DNA of 64,000 nt from the NCBI GenBank assembly GCA_033763455.1, contig JANRKO010000045.1, positions 83,213-147,212 of the forward strand. The letters are read 5' to 3'. Positions 1 to 10,497 of the stretch are shown piece after piece. The stretch is from Polyangiaceae bacterium. GTDB taxonomy: Bacteria; Myxococcota_A; Polyangia; Polyangiales; Polyangiaceae. The notes under the pieces are model-generated. The model ran no database searches, was not told the origin of the DNA, and was given only the letters and a program-made list of their open reading frames with translations. Each line of letters starts with the position of its first letter. Within the stretch, counting starts at the first letter, position 1. The translations under genes and the position numbers were made by a program.

Positions 1-1467
1 TGGAAGGGCTGGAATGGTTGGCGGGGGCTGAGGCAGCGTCTCACACAAGAGAACTTCGCGGATGTACTTTCCGCGCTCAATGGCCGGCGCTTGGTGCTGC
101 CCCGTTGAAACAAGAAAGGATGGCTGCGTTAGGATCCCCGAGCGCTGGCCCGCCGGAAGCTCGGCGCGAACCCAACCGAGAGCCGCTGTGGAGGGCTCTG
201 GAATCTTGTACACGTAGCTTGCAAGCTGCCAATCAATGATCGAGTAGGAAGCTGTGACCAAATCGAGGAAGTTGGCCTTGTCTCGCCAAATTAGATCCGA
301 GACAAAGCGCAGTGTCTCCTCTTCGGACTTCGGTTGGAGTTCAAAGGTCCATCGGCCACCGTACTCGTTCTTGAATGGGCCGCCGGGAGCGGACTGCAGT
401 ATGCGGTCCGTCTTCAGCCACTGCTGGACGAGCGAACGGAGGCCCTCCTCGGCCCTCGCATCGTTCAGCATCAGATCAACCGTGTTGGCAAGCGCAACAG
501 GCCCTTCCAGTTCTCCAGCAGCCGCCCGATCCAGCAGGCCCGAATCCGGGGCCGTGCCCCACAAGAAATAGGCTAGCCGCGACGCAAGCTCGTAGCCGCC
601 CAGGCGCAGCAATTCGGGCCGCCTCGGATCCTTAGTCCCGCTTTCATGACGGAAGAGAAACTTTGGCGATTGCAGAACCGCCTCTATCACTAGCTGCGCG
701 CCGGAGTAGGGGCTCGGCCCCGGGGATTGCGCCAGCGCCAGAAAAGCGGAGTTCTCTTCAACGGTTAACGGACGCCGGTACGCCAGGCGCCCAAATCGAC
801 TGACAAAATCCTGCAAGCACGCCGCGCGGGCCGTTCCCTCCAGGCTACACCCGATCACCTTATCTCGTCGTTTCGGATCGGCAACGACCGCACCTGCTAT
901 ACGCTCGGCCTGATTCAGGTACTGGCTGGCGTGTTCCACTGAAATATCGACCACTTCAGCGTTATTGTCGAACCCACCGATTGTGGAATCTTGGGGAAAA
1001 TCAGACGAGGGCGTGGGGAGCGCCTCAAAGTGAACGTCGCGAACGATTCGCCAACCGCGTTGAAAGTTCTCCCCAAGCAGATCACGAACAGAATTGTCGT
1101 ACTCACGATTGGTTAACTTGCGAATAAATGATGGACCGGGGTCAAGTTGTTCAAGGCTGCAGGTATACGGCCAAGGCTGAGGCGGAACTGTCCCCTGCAT
1201 ACCGCCAGCGGCGCTGCCTACTCCCCCTCCCCCCACGCCGGAGGCCGCCCCACCGATGCCCGACGGTTCGGGTGTTAAGCGAGCGCCTCCGCTGGCTCCA
1301 CCGGTTGGACTCGCAGCGCTTGAGCCCACTTGACCGTTATCGGGCACTGACGTGCTGCAGCCCAACAGGCAAAAAACAAACGATGCACCCAAGATCACCG
1401 ATCGAAGCCTGGCGGGGCGGCGAGCGCCCCTTACGCGGGAGGGGGCGGCAAAAAGAAGGAGTGCCAT
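1..1467 (-). CDS. DUF1592/DUF1588-family lipoprotein, copy 1 (3' end runs off the window; absent from the ORF track)
   Basis: My translation of the minus strand from ATG 1467 is stop-free for 489 codons: lipobox FCLLGC, Gly-rich linker, IRKLTNREYDNSVRDLL, VLQSPKFLFRHE, YELASRLAYFLWGTAPD, RSGILTQPSFL, ERGKYIREVLLCETLPQPPP. Confidence 0.9.
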   Translation of the reverse strand, partial: MALLLFAAPSRVRGARRPARLRSVILGASFVFCLLGCSTSVPDNGQVGSSAASPTGGASGGARLTPEPSGIGGAASGVGGGGVGSAAGGMQGTVPPQPWPYTCSLEQLDPGPSFIRKLTNREYDNSVRDLLGENFQRGWRIVRDVHFEALPTPSSDFPQDSTIGGFDNNAEVVDISVEHASQYLNQAERIAGAVVADPKRRDKVIGCSLEGTARAACLQDFVSRFGRLAYRRPLTVEENSAFLALAQSPGPSPYSGAQLVIEAVLQSPKFLFRHESGTKDPRRPELLRLGGYELASRLAYFLWGTAPDSGLLDRAAAGELEGPVALANTVDLMLNDARAEEGLRSLVQQWLKTDRILQSAPGGPFKNEYGGRWTFELQPKSEEETLRFVSDLIWRDKANFLDLVTASYSIIDWQLASYVYKIPEPSTAALGWVRAELPAGQRSGILTQPSFLVSTGQHQAPAIERGKYIREVLLCETLPQPPPTIPALP

Positions 1468-1474
1468 GAAGAGT

Positions 1475-1502
1475 GAGTGGGCGCGGGAGGAGCGCAGGGT
1501 TA
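1475..1502 (-). promoter_or_regulatory. Putative ECF sigma promoter TAACCC-N16-CCACTC
   Basis: Minus strand reads aggaaaac TAACCC tgcgctcctcccgcgc CCACTC, then 7 nt, then ATG 1467; same geometry at 25253 and 28554. Confidence 0.7.
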
Positions 1503-1584
1503 GTTTTCCTCACCGCACGGAAACAAAATCCACGGCACCGGCGATTCTGTCAGAAAATGCCGCCTGTTCCGGCATTGAGCACCT

Positions 1585-3324
1585 ATGGAACCACAGAACG
1601 AAGGCTTGGGGCGCGGGTGCTGCGGTGCGGTACTAGCCCTGTGCGCGTGTCTTGCCGCTCAGCTGAGCTGCTCAGTCGGCACCCCTGGTAGGGTCCCAGC
1701 CAGCCAGGGCCCTCCGCCAGGTTCGGGCGTTGGCCCAAGCGTTCCCAGCGGCGCAGGTGGAGAGGGTTCGGGCCTAGGGGGTGGCCAACCTGAACGAGCG
1801 GACCAACGGGCTTCCGGAAATCAGCTACGGCTTCGATTGCTCACGAGGTCCGAATACTTAGATACGGTCAGCCAGCTCTTCGGGAGCGTGTCAGTGCCAA
1901 AGCTACCGGACGATACGAGTGTTGCGGGCTTTCGATCCATCGGATCCGCGAAGGTGAGCTTGAGCACGAATGCCATCGAAGCCTACGCGGCAGCAGCCCG
2001 CAGTGTTGTAAGCGAAGTGTTCAGAACAGATACACGCTGGCGCGCGCATGTTGGATGCGAGCCAACACCCGACCTCACGGACGCGTGCACAGCAGCCTAC
2101 ATCGCTCGCTTCGGGCGGCTAGCCTATCGGCGCGCACTGACACCGGAAGAGTCGATGAAGTGGATTGCTCTCGCGGTGAAGTTGGCCGCTATCTCGGGGG
2201 CGCCCGCGCCGGCCCTATCCGAGCTCACAGCAAGCATGCTTCAGTCGCCGAACTTCCTGTACCGCGTGGAGCGCGCCGTCGGCGACGGTACCTCCCCTCG
2301 ATATAAGTTCCAGGCCTATTCAGTGGCAACGCGCTTGGCGTTTATTCTCACCGGAGCAGGGCCGAGCGATGCCCTGCTTACCGCGGCCGAACAAGGTGCC
2401 CTCGACACCCCAATCAGCGTACGCCAGGCAGCCGAAGCCCTGCTGGCCGACCCCCGAGCGGATAAGCATCTGGCGGAGTTTTTTCTTGAGTTGGCCGGAG
2501 TCGAGGGTGTCGAGCTTGTGGGTAAGTCAGCTGAGTATGTTACATTCAATGCTGAACTCAGATCTTCCCTGCTAACCGAGACCCAGCTGTTCGTGCAGGA
2601 CGCGGTGCTTGGCCCCGGTGCTGATGCACTGTCCTTCTTCGACAGTTCGCGGACCTACATCAATGAATCCGTAGCAGCTCTTTACGGCGTCGTCCCAAGT
2701 GGCGCAGGTTTTCAGCCCTACGATCTGCCACCAGAGAGTGGGCGCACTGGCATCTTGGGAAAGGCTAGTTTTCTTGCAGCTCATGCAGGTGCCTCCGGCA
2801 GTTCGCCAACAAAGCGAGGTGTCTTCATCCTCCAAGGCCTTATGTGCCAGCCCCCCCCTTCCCCACCGCCTGGAGTCGATACATCCTTGGCGGAAGAACC
2901 GTCAGGCACGCCTCGAACAACGCGGATGAAGTTCGAAGATCATCAAGCGAAGCCCGCGTGCGCAGGGTGCCACGCGATAACGGACTCGTACGGCTTTGCA
3001 CTTGAACACTTCGACGCCATCGGTCGCTATCGCATCACGGACAACGGGCTTCCCGTGAATTCCGCCACGGTCATCAATGGAACACCCGTCAATGGACTGC
3101 TTGAATTGGCCGCGCTTCTGAGAACCGACCCCGAGACGCAAAGTTGTCTCGCCAGAAGGTTCTACCGATACGCAACCGCCACCGCAATGAATATCGCGGA
3201 CGAAAACGTGGTCAACGGCTTGGCAGGGAGCTTCGCCGGGCAGCCCCTCGACTGGCGTAAGTTCATCGTCAACTTTGCGGGCAGCGAAGCGTTTCTATCG
3301 ACCGTAGCGGACACCCGAATCTGA
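1585..3324 (+). CDS. DUF1592/DUF1588-family heme-c lipoprotein, copy 2
   Basis: LRLLTRSEY, LQSPNFLYRVE, ATRLAFILTGAGP, KRGVFILQGLMCQPPPSPPP, heme motif CAGCH, FDAIGRYR. Confidence 0.9.
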   Translation: MEPQNEGLGRGCCGAVLALCACLAAQLSCSVGTPGRVPASQGPPPGSGVGPSVPSGAGGEGSGLGGGQPERADQRASGNQLRLRLLTRSEYLDTVSQLFGSVSVPKLPDDTSVAGFRSIGSAKVSLSTNAIEAYAAAARSVVSEVFRTDTRWRAHVGCEPTPDLTDACTAAYIARFGRLAYRRALTPEESMKWIALAVKLAAISGAPAPALSELTASMLQSPNFLYRVERAVGDGTSPRYKFQAYSVATRLAFILTGAGPSDALLTAAEQGALDTPISVRQAAEALLADPRADKHLAEFFLELAGVEGVELVGKSAEYVTFNAELRSSLLTETQLFVQDAVLGPGADALSFFDSSRTYINESVAALYGVVPSGAGFQPYDLPPESGRTGILGKASFLAAHAGASGSSPTKRGVFILQGLMCQPPPSPPPGVDTSLAEEPSGTPRTTRMKFEDHQAKPACAGCHAITDSYGFALEHFDAIGRYRITDNGLPVNSATVINGTPVNGLLELAALLRTDPETQSCLARRFYRYATATAMNIADENVVNGLAGSFAGQPLDWRKFIVNFAGSEAFLSTVADTRI

Positions 3325-3342
3325 GTTGAAGGACGCGTTCGT

Positions 3343-4713
3343 ATGCTGAAGAAATTGAAGGTCAGTAGGCGTATGGCTTTAAGGGGTGCGGTATCAGGAG
3401 CTGCGGTAGCAATCTGGCTGCCCGTGCTCGACGCAATGACGAACGAGCACGGTGAGTCTTTCGCCCAAGGAGAACCGCTTCCGACAACCTTCGGCGTCTT
3501 TTTCTGGGGGAATGGCGTCCAAAAGGCCCACTGGACGCCCGAGGGCGCTCCGGGCGCTGGATGGGCCCTTCCACGCAATCTGGTTGCTTTTGAGCCTATA
3601 AAACACAGGCTAACGTTGCTTACCGGGTTGAAAATGCTGGATGGCGGGCAGCGGGGGCACGGAGCGGGAGTACTGTATGTGCTCTGTGGTGGTAACCACA
3701 GCATGGCCGTAACAAAAAGCGATATCGATTTCGAGCCATACGGCTTCGAACGACACACCTCAACGCAGTCCATCCCAACGATCGATCAGATTGTTGCCGA
3801 TGATCTAGAAAAGCGGAGCCCTTCAACCTTTAGATCGCTTGAAACGGGCGCCCTTGCGTACCGGGGTATGAACATGGGCACAGTAAGCACGGCGCTCGCA
3901 CACCGCGGACCCTACGACGTCTTGCCACCTGAGAGAGACCCTGTGGCCCTCTACGACCGACTGTTTTCTGGCCTGGGCAGTCCCGCGAGTGCGATTGTCC
4001 TGCAAATGCACAAGAGCTCCTTGGACGCCGTACGCGACGACCTTGAACGACTCAAGATGCAGGTTGGCGCCGTGGACGCCGCGCGCGTGGATCGGCATAT
4101 GGAGGGGATTAGAGAGATAGAAAGCCGACTGGTAGCTACTGGGAGAATCGATGGAAACTGCCAGCCCTCTCGACCCGGTGTTCTTGGCGAGGACGGAATG
4201 TTGCTCACCCAGCGGAGCCAAGCTATCAATCGGCTCGTCGGGGCGGCTCTCGGATGCAATTTGACTAGGGTCTATACTCACCTGTGGTCCGGCGCTCGCG
4301 ACGACAACACGTACCCCATTCTCGGAATCAACATAGAGCACCACGGGCTCACGCACGATGGGCCAGCATCTAACCTTCTTGCTTCCGACATCGAGCGCTA
4401 CATCATGGAGCAGTACGCAGATCTGGCCATCGTGCTCGATCAAACACCAATGGGTGCCAGCACGCTATTGGACAGGACGATTAACTTTGGCGTGACCGAA
4501 GTCGCAGACCCTGCCACCCACGTCCACGAGGATTACCACCTTCTCGTTGTGGGCGGCGGAGCAGGCCGCATCAAGGGTGATCAATTTCTGGTGCTACAAG
4601 GCCGCAAGATAACTGAGGTTCAGCTGACGCTCCTGCAAACCATGGGCCTCAACATTACCGAATGGGGCAACTGGGACCACACGATGAAAACTGTGCCCGA
4701 GCTACTTACATAA
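3343..4713 (+). CDS. DUF1552 (HXXSHH) family Tat-exported protein
   Basis: Twin-Arg VSRRMALRG, FFWGNG, PTIDQIVA, IREIESRL, HHGLTH, TLLDRT. Confidence 0.88.
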   Translation: MLKKLKVSRRMALRGAVSGAAVAIWLPVLDAMTNEHGESFAQGEPLPTTFGVFFWGNGVQKAHWTPEGAPGAGWALPRNLVAFEPIKHRLTLLTGLKMLDGGQRGHGAGVLYVLCGGNHSMAVTKSDIDFEPYGFERHTSTQSIPTIDQIVADDLEKRSPSTFRSLETGALAYRGMNMGTVSTALAHRGPYDVLPPERDPVALYDRLFSGLGSPASAIVLQMHKSSLDAVRDDLERLKMQVGAVDAARVDRHMEGIREIESRLVATGRIDGNCQPSRPGVLGEDGMLLTQRSQAINRLVGAALGCNLTRVYTHLWSGARDDNTYPILGINIEHHGLTHDGPASNLLASDIERYIMEQYADLAIVLDQTPMGASTLLDRTINFGVTEVADPATHVHEDYHLLVVGGGAGRIKGDQFLVLQGRKITEVQLTLLQTMGLNITEWGNWDHTMKTVPELLT

Positions 4714-4774
4714 CCAACCTCAACCAGCCAAAGATTGCTTCGAACTCGTCACTGCACCGAAAGCCACCACTCCT

Positions 4775-5791
4775 ATGCACCTTACCAAGATCGCTTTCGC
4801 CTCCCTCGCCGTCGTGTGTAGCTGCAGCAGTACCCCAAGCGCTGGGCCAGCACCAAGCCCAGGAGCAGGCGCCGCCTTGGGTGGCTCCGCAAGTGGTGGA
4901 GCACGGAGTGCACCCTCCGGGCAATCCATGACAGGTACAACTGGTGGGGATTCCACATCTGGAAGCACTCCACCCGCCGGTGGCACCGCCACGATTGGTG
5001 GAGCGTCTGGCTACGGTGGCGGGAGCGAACTGGGTGGCGCGGGGACCATGCTTATGGGTGGCGCAGGCGGGGCCGCCGGCGCGGTCGCTGCCGGCCCATA
5101 CGCACCTCGCAGTGGGTCATTCAAGATGCTGGTCTATTCAAGCACCCGGGGGTACCGGCACTACAGCTCAATCGATGCGGGCAAAATAATGCTCCAGCAG
5201 ATCGCGAACGAGCAGAACTTCGAGCTCACTTTAACCGAAAACAACGACCTTATTACACCGGCAGGCCTCGCGAATTACGAAATCATATTCATGCTGAACC
5301 CGACTGGCGATATCTTCAACGATGAGCAACAGAGCGTATTTGTCAATTGGCTTACGAATGGTGGTGCCATCGCGGGCACGCACTCCATGACGGATACGGA
5401 AAAGGATTGGCCGTTCTACACGGATATGGTCGGCCAGTCCTTCGAGCGGCACGTTTCCTGCTGCGATTCTGGGCGCGTCGATTTCGAGCCCGGCGTGGGT
5501 AACCATCCAGCGCTAGCGGGGCTCCCTAGCCCCTGGACGCTTAACGAGGAGTGGTACTTCTTCAGTGCTTGGCCAAACTGGATCAATAAGCCAGGGTTCA
5601 AGGTCCTCGGACGCGTAACTTCTGGGGACATCGTGAATCAACCAATCATGTGGACTCGCGAGTGGAATTCCTATCGACTCTTTTACACCGCCCTAGGTCA
5701 TGAAGCGTTCGCATTCGAAGATCCGAACGTAAAGAAGCACATTACCGGCGGAATCATGTGGGCAGTCCGCCGCGACCACCTGATACGCTAA
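4775..5791 (+). CDS. Lipoprotein with Gly-rich linker and ThuA-like domain
   Basis: Lipobox VCSC, G/S/T linker, MLVYSSTRGYRHYSSI, EEWYFF, RLFYTALGH (ThuA-type motifs). Confidence 0.8.
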   Translation: MHLTKIAFASLAVVCSCSSTPSAGPAPSPGAGAALGGSASGGARSAPSGQSMTGTTGGDSTSGSTPPAGGTATIGGASGYGGGSELGGAGTMLMGGAGGAAGAVAAGPYAPRSGSFKMLVYSSTRGYRHYSSIDAGKIMLQQIANEQNFELTLTENNDLITPAGLANYEIIFMLNPTGDIFNDEQQSVFVNWLTNGGAIAGTHSMTDTEKDWPFYTDMVGQSFERHVSCCDSGRVDFEPGVGNHPALAGLPSPWTLNEEWYFFSAWPNWINKPGFKVLGRVTSGDIVNQPIMWTREWNSYRLFYTALGHEAFAFEDPNVKKHITGGIMWAVRRDHLIR

Positions 5792-5826
5792 ATCATTGGG
5801 GCGATTGGGCAGAGAGGGCTAACGCG

Positions 5827-7545
5827 ATGCACTTGGAATTCACGTATCACACACACGCCCTTCTTGGCGCATTACTCGTGCTGACGGGCTGTTCAAGCGA
5901 AGTACGTCGCGAACCACCATCCCCTGCTTCCCCAATGAGCACTCTCGCGTCCTCGGGTGGCAATGGCAGTCAGCCGCCGCAGGGTACAGGAGGCTCCGCC
6001 GGGTTGAACGCGTCCAGCGGGGGAACCAGCGCCGGACCCCCTCCCACAACTATCCGAGCTGGGGCCTGTGAGGTTGCGCTTCCAGCCCGGCGCCTTCGGC
6101 GACTAGCTAACGCTCAAATGGAGCAAGCCATTGCCGACTTACTCGGGCCAGCCTCCAGGCCTAGTATTACGGCGGGAGCACGGAGTACACGTCCTCTCTT
6201 TGACGACCCGGATGCGCCGGTGAGCACATCGCTTCTGGCTCAGCTGCATTCAGAGAGCGAACGCATTGGGGGAGAAATAGCAAATGGCAAGTTCACATCT
6301 CTTACTGGATGCAACGAAACCGCACTGATCGATACGTGTGTGAGTGGGTTTATTGCTCGCCTAGGGGAACGCGCCTTTCGAAGGCCGCTTAGCGCCTTGG
6401 AGTTGCAGGAGCTCTCCGCTGTCTTTAACGAAGGTGGCATGGACGGTGCGGGAGCAGCCCTTGAGCTTCTGCTGCGTGCCGTGTTCACTGCGCCATCCTT
6501 TGTCTGGGTGACGGAATTTGGCACTCAAGTTCCTGGGTCGAATCGTGCGGAACTCACGCCTCACGAAGTGGCGGCGCAGCTGGGCCTATCGCTTCTTGAT
6601 TCTGTACCCGACGATGCCCTCTTGGCAGCAGCAGAAAGCGGAGCTCTTTCGACCGAGGTAGGCTTACGCGCCCAGGTGGATCGCTTGCTTTCAGAACCGG
6701 TAGTTCAAGCGGGCCTTACGGCGGTTTTTCGTCGTGCGTTCATGCTCGAAGATATTGCTATCGCAGAAAAAGACCAAGCCAAGTATCCGGAGTTTGGCAG
6801 TGTGCTGCGATCGGCCTTCGCAGAGGAAGCGAGGCTGTTTATTGAACACCAGGTTTGGGGGAGCAGCGGAACCCCCACTTCACTTCTCACCACTCAATCA
6901 AGTTTTGGAAATCAGGCTCTTGCCGACTTCTATGGAGCGAGTCGCAACGGCCCGGCAGAGGCTTTTGTGCCTATGCAACTGCCCGCCGAACGCTCGGGGC
7001 TGCTAACCCTCGGCAGCGTGCTTGCAGCGCGAGCTACCGCGGTGGACACGTCAGTCGTTCGCAGGGGATTGTTTGTGCGCAGGGCACTCGCGTGCCTCGA
7101 TGAGGTGCCCTCGCCATCTCCGGCCCTAGCGGGCCAAATAGCTACCCAAACGGCGAACTACACCACGGAGCGCGACAGGGCTGCCGCACGCGCTAGCTCA
7201 AGCACGTGCGGACCGTGCCACACGACGTTCGATGGCTTTGGTCTCGTCCTGGAGGGGTTCGATTCGATCGGTAGGTTTCGGCGCGCAGAGCAACAGCCCG
7301 TGCCCCTTGCTTTTGGAGGAGCGCTCACCGCAGACTTCACCGGAGCGCCAGATCTTGCGCAACGCCTTGCGTCGGGCGGGCGCTTTGCGAGCTGTGTCAG
7401 TCGCGAACTCCTGAGCTACCTGGTTGCGGCTCCGGCTACGTCGGCTTGTGAGGCGCCCGCAACTGAGGCCTCGCTTGCGGATACACTTCGAACCTTACTT
7501 GCATCCAACGCGATGCGTGAACGCTCGCTCGGAGGTTCTCAATGA
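5827..7545 (+). CDS. DUF1592/DUF1588-family heme-c lipoprotein, copy 3
   Basis: Likely start ATG 5827; lipobox LTGC; RLRRLANAQ, AFRRPL, RRGLFVRRALAC, CGPCH, FDSIGRFR; ATGA overlap with the next gene. Confidence 0.88.
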   Translation: MHLEFTYHTHALLGALLVLTGCSSEVRREPPSPASPMSTLASSGGNGSQPPQGTGGSAGLNASSGGTSAGPPPTTIRAGACEVALPARRLRRLANAQMEQAIADLLGPASRPSITAGARSTRPLFDDPDAPVSTSLLAQLHSESERIGGEIANGKFTSLTGCNETALIDTCVSGFIARLGERAFRRPLSALELQELSAVFNEGGMDGAGAALELLLRAVFTAPSFVWVTEFGTQVPGSNRAELTPHEVAAQLGLSLLDSVPDDALLAAAESGALSTEVGLRAQVDRLLSEPVVQAGLTAVFRRAFMLEDIAIAEKDQAKYPEFGSVLRSAFAEEARLFIEHQVWGSSGTPTSLLTTQSSFGNQALADFYGASRNGPAEAFVPMQLPAERSGLLTLGSVLAARATAVDTSVVRRGLFVRRALACLDEVPSPSPALAGQIATQTANYTTERDRAAARASSSTCGPCHTTFDGFGLVLEGFDSIGRFRRAEQQPVPLAFGGALTADFTGAPDLAQRLASGGRFASCVSRELLSYLVAAPATSACEAPATEASLADTLRTLLASNAMRERSLGGSQ

Positions 7546-8906
7546 CACACTCTCGAAATCTGACGCGGCGCGCGTTGCTGGCATCGCTTGGTGCAGGTTC
7601 CGCACTTTACGGGCTTTTCACTTCGATGGAGTCCGCAGCGCAGGGCAGCACGGCCAAGCGCCTGCTCGTCTTGGCTCACCCTATTGGCTCGGTCCGCCCG
7701 AGTTGGCTCCCGGTAACAACTGCGGGAAATCTCACGCTCAGCCCTATCCTTGCCCCGTTCGAGCCAGTGAAGCGCAACATGGTCGTTCTCGATGGGCTCG
7801 ACCTCGTGGGGGATGGCGGTGGCGGCCTCCACGAATCGGGCACTGTGCTCATCGGAACCGGCTCACCGACGATCGCCAAGCAGCAGGGTGCGGGTGGCTC
7901 AGATGATTGCGCGCCTACGGCACCCTCAATGGATCAAATCCTGTTGAACAAATCCCCATTTCTCGGGGGACGTCCGGTGGGTTCACTCCAGCTCGCCGCG
8001 GACAATCGCGTTGAAGATCAGGGAATTTCTTGTGCTGTTCTTTCCTACCGCAGCCCCACAGATTACCTTTACCCAGAGCTTGATCCGAACAAGGTCTACC
8101 AACAAGTGTTTGGCAACGTAATGCCAGGAGGGCCATCGCCCAGCAATATGGCTGCCCTAGCGCGCGCGCGGGCTCGACAGCAAAGCGTGCTGGATTTCTC
8201 AAAGCGTGATCTCGCTCGTTTAGAGCAGGCCGCACCCGCAAGCGAAAAGGTGAAGATAGATGCCTTCGCGACTGCGATTCGCGAACTAGAAACCACCTTT
8301 GATGCGCAGGCCAACCCCGGAGGAAGCGGTTCTGCGTGCCAACCGGGTATGGCTCCAGCACCATTCACACCGAACGTGAGTGAGTCCCACGGCGCAGTGG
8401 GCCAGGCCCTCCTAGCAATCATCCGGACGGCGTTCGCGTGCGATCTCACCCGCGTAGCCAGCTTCTTGTGGGCTCCTGGCACCAGCGTAGTTACCTTCTC
8501 CGGCCTCTTTCCCGGCATGGAGACGGTTGCACATCACCCACACAGTCACGCGGGGGACAGAGCGATTCCAGAACTGACGGCTATTGACACGTGGTATTCG
8601 GAACAAACCTCCCTCTTTCTCCAGTCGTTGGCGCAGACACCGGACGGTACAGGTACTCTTCTAGACAACACGCTGGTGCTTTACGTCACTGAGGTGGCCA
8701 GGGCAAATCACAGCTTTGAACAGCTCCCGATCGTCGTGTTCGGTGGCCCAGGGGTGGGCATTCGGCAGGCGGGCCGTATGGTTCAATACCAACCACGTCC
8801 TTTCAACGATCTCTGGCTGGCCGTGGCGAATCAGTTCGGCGTGCCAATGGCTTCCCTCGGGTCAGCCCAACAGTGGAGTGGTCCGCTACCGAACCTCTTC
8901 GCCTAG
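7542..8906 (+). CDS. DUF1552 family Tat-exported protein
   Basis: LTRRALLA, PSMDQIL, AFACDLTRVA, HHPHSH, TLLDNTLVLYVTE. Confidence 0.9.
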   Translation: MTHSRNLTRRALLASLGAGSALYGLFTSMESAAQGSTAKRLLVLAHPIGSVRPSWLPVTTAGNLTLSPILAPFEPVKRNMVVLDGLDLVGDGGGGLHESGTVLIGTGSPTIAKQQGAGGSDDCAPTAPSMDQILLNKSPFLGGRPVGSLQLAADNRVEDQGISCAVLSYRSPTDYLYPELDPNKVYQQVFGNVMPGGPSPSNMAALARARARQQSVLDFSKRDLARLEQAAPASEKVKIDAFATAIRELETTFDAQANPGGSGSACQPGMAPAPFTPNVSESHGAVGQALLAIIRTAFACDLTRVASFLWAPGTSVVTFSGLFPGMETVAHHPHSHAGDRAIPELTAIDTWYSEQTSLFLQSLAQTPDGTGTLLDNTLVLYVTEVARANHSFEQLPIVVFGGPGVGIRQAGRMVQYQPRPFNDLWLAVANQFGVPMASLGSAQQWSGPLPNLFA

Positions 8907-9030
8907 TAGCGCCAATCAGCCGCCACCAAAATGTTGCGCTCACGGGCAGCTTCCGGGCGCATTCTCTCAAGACGATAATTTTTCTGAATAGGATCAGAAA
9001 ACTCGGAGCGTTCAGGCATGCAACCCGGAG

Positions 9031-10497
9031 ATGACTGCGCCAGCTCCATCCATCACACTTGGGTTGCTTTGTTGTTCCCTCCTCGCGCTGCCGCAGTGTT
9101 CCAACGCGGCCACTGAGCGAAAGGATCTTCCGAATGCTCCCCCTCTAGTAGGAAGTTCAGCCCCCAGCGCGCATAGCGCATCCGCATCCATGCCCTCCAC
9201 TTCGGTGGCACCTACCGCTCCCTCAACACTCCCACAGACGGGCCAGGGAGGAGCTACTCCGTCGCTGCCGACAGCCACCGTACCGCCCAACGATCAAACA
9301 CCAGCCACGGTGCTGCCCTTCGGGGAAACTGGAAGCAATCCTGGGGGCGCATGCGCCGGCATCGTGGTGGAAGAAAAGTTCGTCCCTCTTTGCCCTCAAG
9401 GAAACTGTAGCGGTCCGCGCGTGGGCGATCCCGGGTCGGTCTTCGCGCCCGAATTAGCCTCAGCAGATTATCCCTTTAGCCTCGAAACCACTTCGGGTGG
9501 CAACTGCGACGAACCTGAAGGGTGGGCGCGCGCAGGGGTCGAGGGAGGCATTCCTGAGTTAGGTGCGGCCTCCATGACCGCGGGCCCGGGTGATGATCTA
9601 CAGGCTGCACTCAATTCCTTGGCCCAGCCCGTAGCAACCACTCCGCGCATCTTGCTCCTACGGAACGGGTGCTACGAGCTCGGCTCAGTTCCAGAGGGAG
9701 ACGCTCTCCTCACCGTACCAACAGGTGTGGTGCTGCGCGGCGAGTCGCGCGATGGTGTGGTGCTTAGCTTCAACGTAGCTGACGGCACTGGAAAGAGCTC
9801 GATACGCGTGAATGGCGGCGCCGGCCTTGAGAACCTGACCGTCACCAACGCGTTCGTCCTGCGCCAGCCCGAAGAGGCCTACGTCGGCCGCCTTGAGTCC
9901 GGCGACAAGTCTTTTAGCGGCAACTACCCGGACTTACCCGGTAAGCTCGCGGGCGTCGCCCTCTCGGGGAAAAACGCCTGGATGCAACACACACACATCT
10001 ACAAGACGGGCACCAATCCCGTAAGTACGTGGGGCTGCAACCACTGCACTCTGCGCGATAACATTGTTGAGAAAAGCTACAACAAAGGGGTCGATGGCAA
10101 CGGTTATTACTATATCGGAGCCACAACCAACTCACTCTTTTACCACGAAAGCGTGAGCGATATTCGCCACTTTGCCTTCAACACACTCGGTTCGAAGAAC
10201 TGCAACAACGTGATTCTTTCCCTCTACACCGAAGTTGATATCAACTACCACTCTGATCAAATCGCCCGCACGCTCGTCGAGAACGTCGTCTCGAATGTGC
10301 CTGCAAGCCATTATTGGGGGCGAGAAGAAGCGTTCGGATTCAACGGCAAAGGCATGAACTCATCCAACCTTCACTACAAGATTAACAAATTTCCCGATCT
10401 GCAAGTGTATCGATTTACATCAGACGGGCAGAAGCACCCGCTGGATGTTCCTCCGCCCGCATCGGGAACGCTGTATCCCGTTAGCGGTTGGCGCTAG
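9031..10497 (+). CDS. Lipoprotein with Pro/Ser/Thr linker and right-handed beta-helix (pectate-lyase-like) domain
   Basis: Signal ending LPQC; DDLQAALNS..ILLLRNGCY..LTVPTGVVLRGESRDG..GLENLTV is a typical beta-helix N-cap, followed by Asn-rich coils. Confidence 0.6.
   Translation: MTAPAPSITLGLLCCSLLALPQCSNAATERKDLPNAPPLVGSSAPSAHSASASMPSTSVAPTAPSTLPQTGQGGATPSLPTATVPPNDQTPATVLPFGETGSNPGGACAGIVVEEKFVPLCPQGNCSGPRVGDPGSVFAPELASADYPFSLETTSGGNCDEPEGWARAGVEGGIPELGAASMTAGPGDDLQAALNSLAQPVATTPRILLLRNGCYELGSVPEGDALLTVPTGVVLRGESRDGVVLSFNVADGTGKSSIRVNGGAGLENLTVTNAFVLRQPEEAYVGRLESGDKSFSGNYPDLPGKLAGVALSGKNAWMQHTHIYKTGTNPVSTWGCNHCTLRDNIVEKSYNKGVDGNGYYYIGATTNSLFYHESVSDIRHFAFNTLGSKNCNNVILSLYTEVDINYHSDQIARTLVENVVSNVPASHYWGREEAFGFNGKGMNSSNLHYKINKFPDLQVYRFTSDGQKHPLDVPPPASGTLYPVSGWR

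Noticed and set aside
18..1691. Short ORFs listed in the track at the left edge
   Set aside because: Shadows of the minus-strand DUF1592 gene (1-1467) and of the start of copy 2
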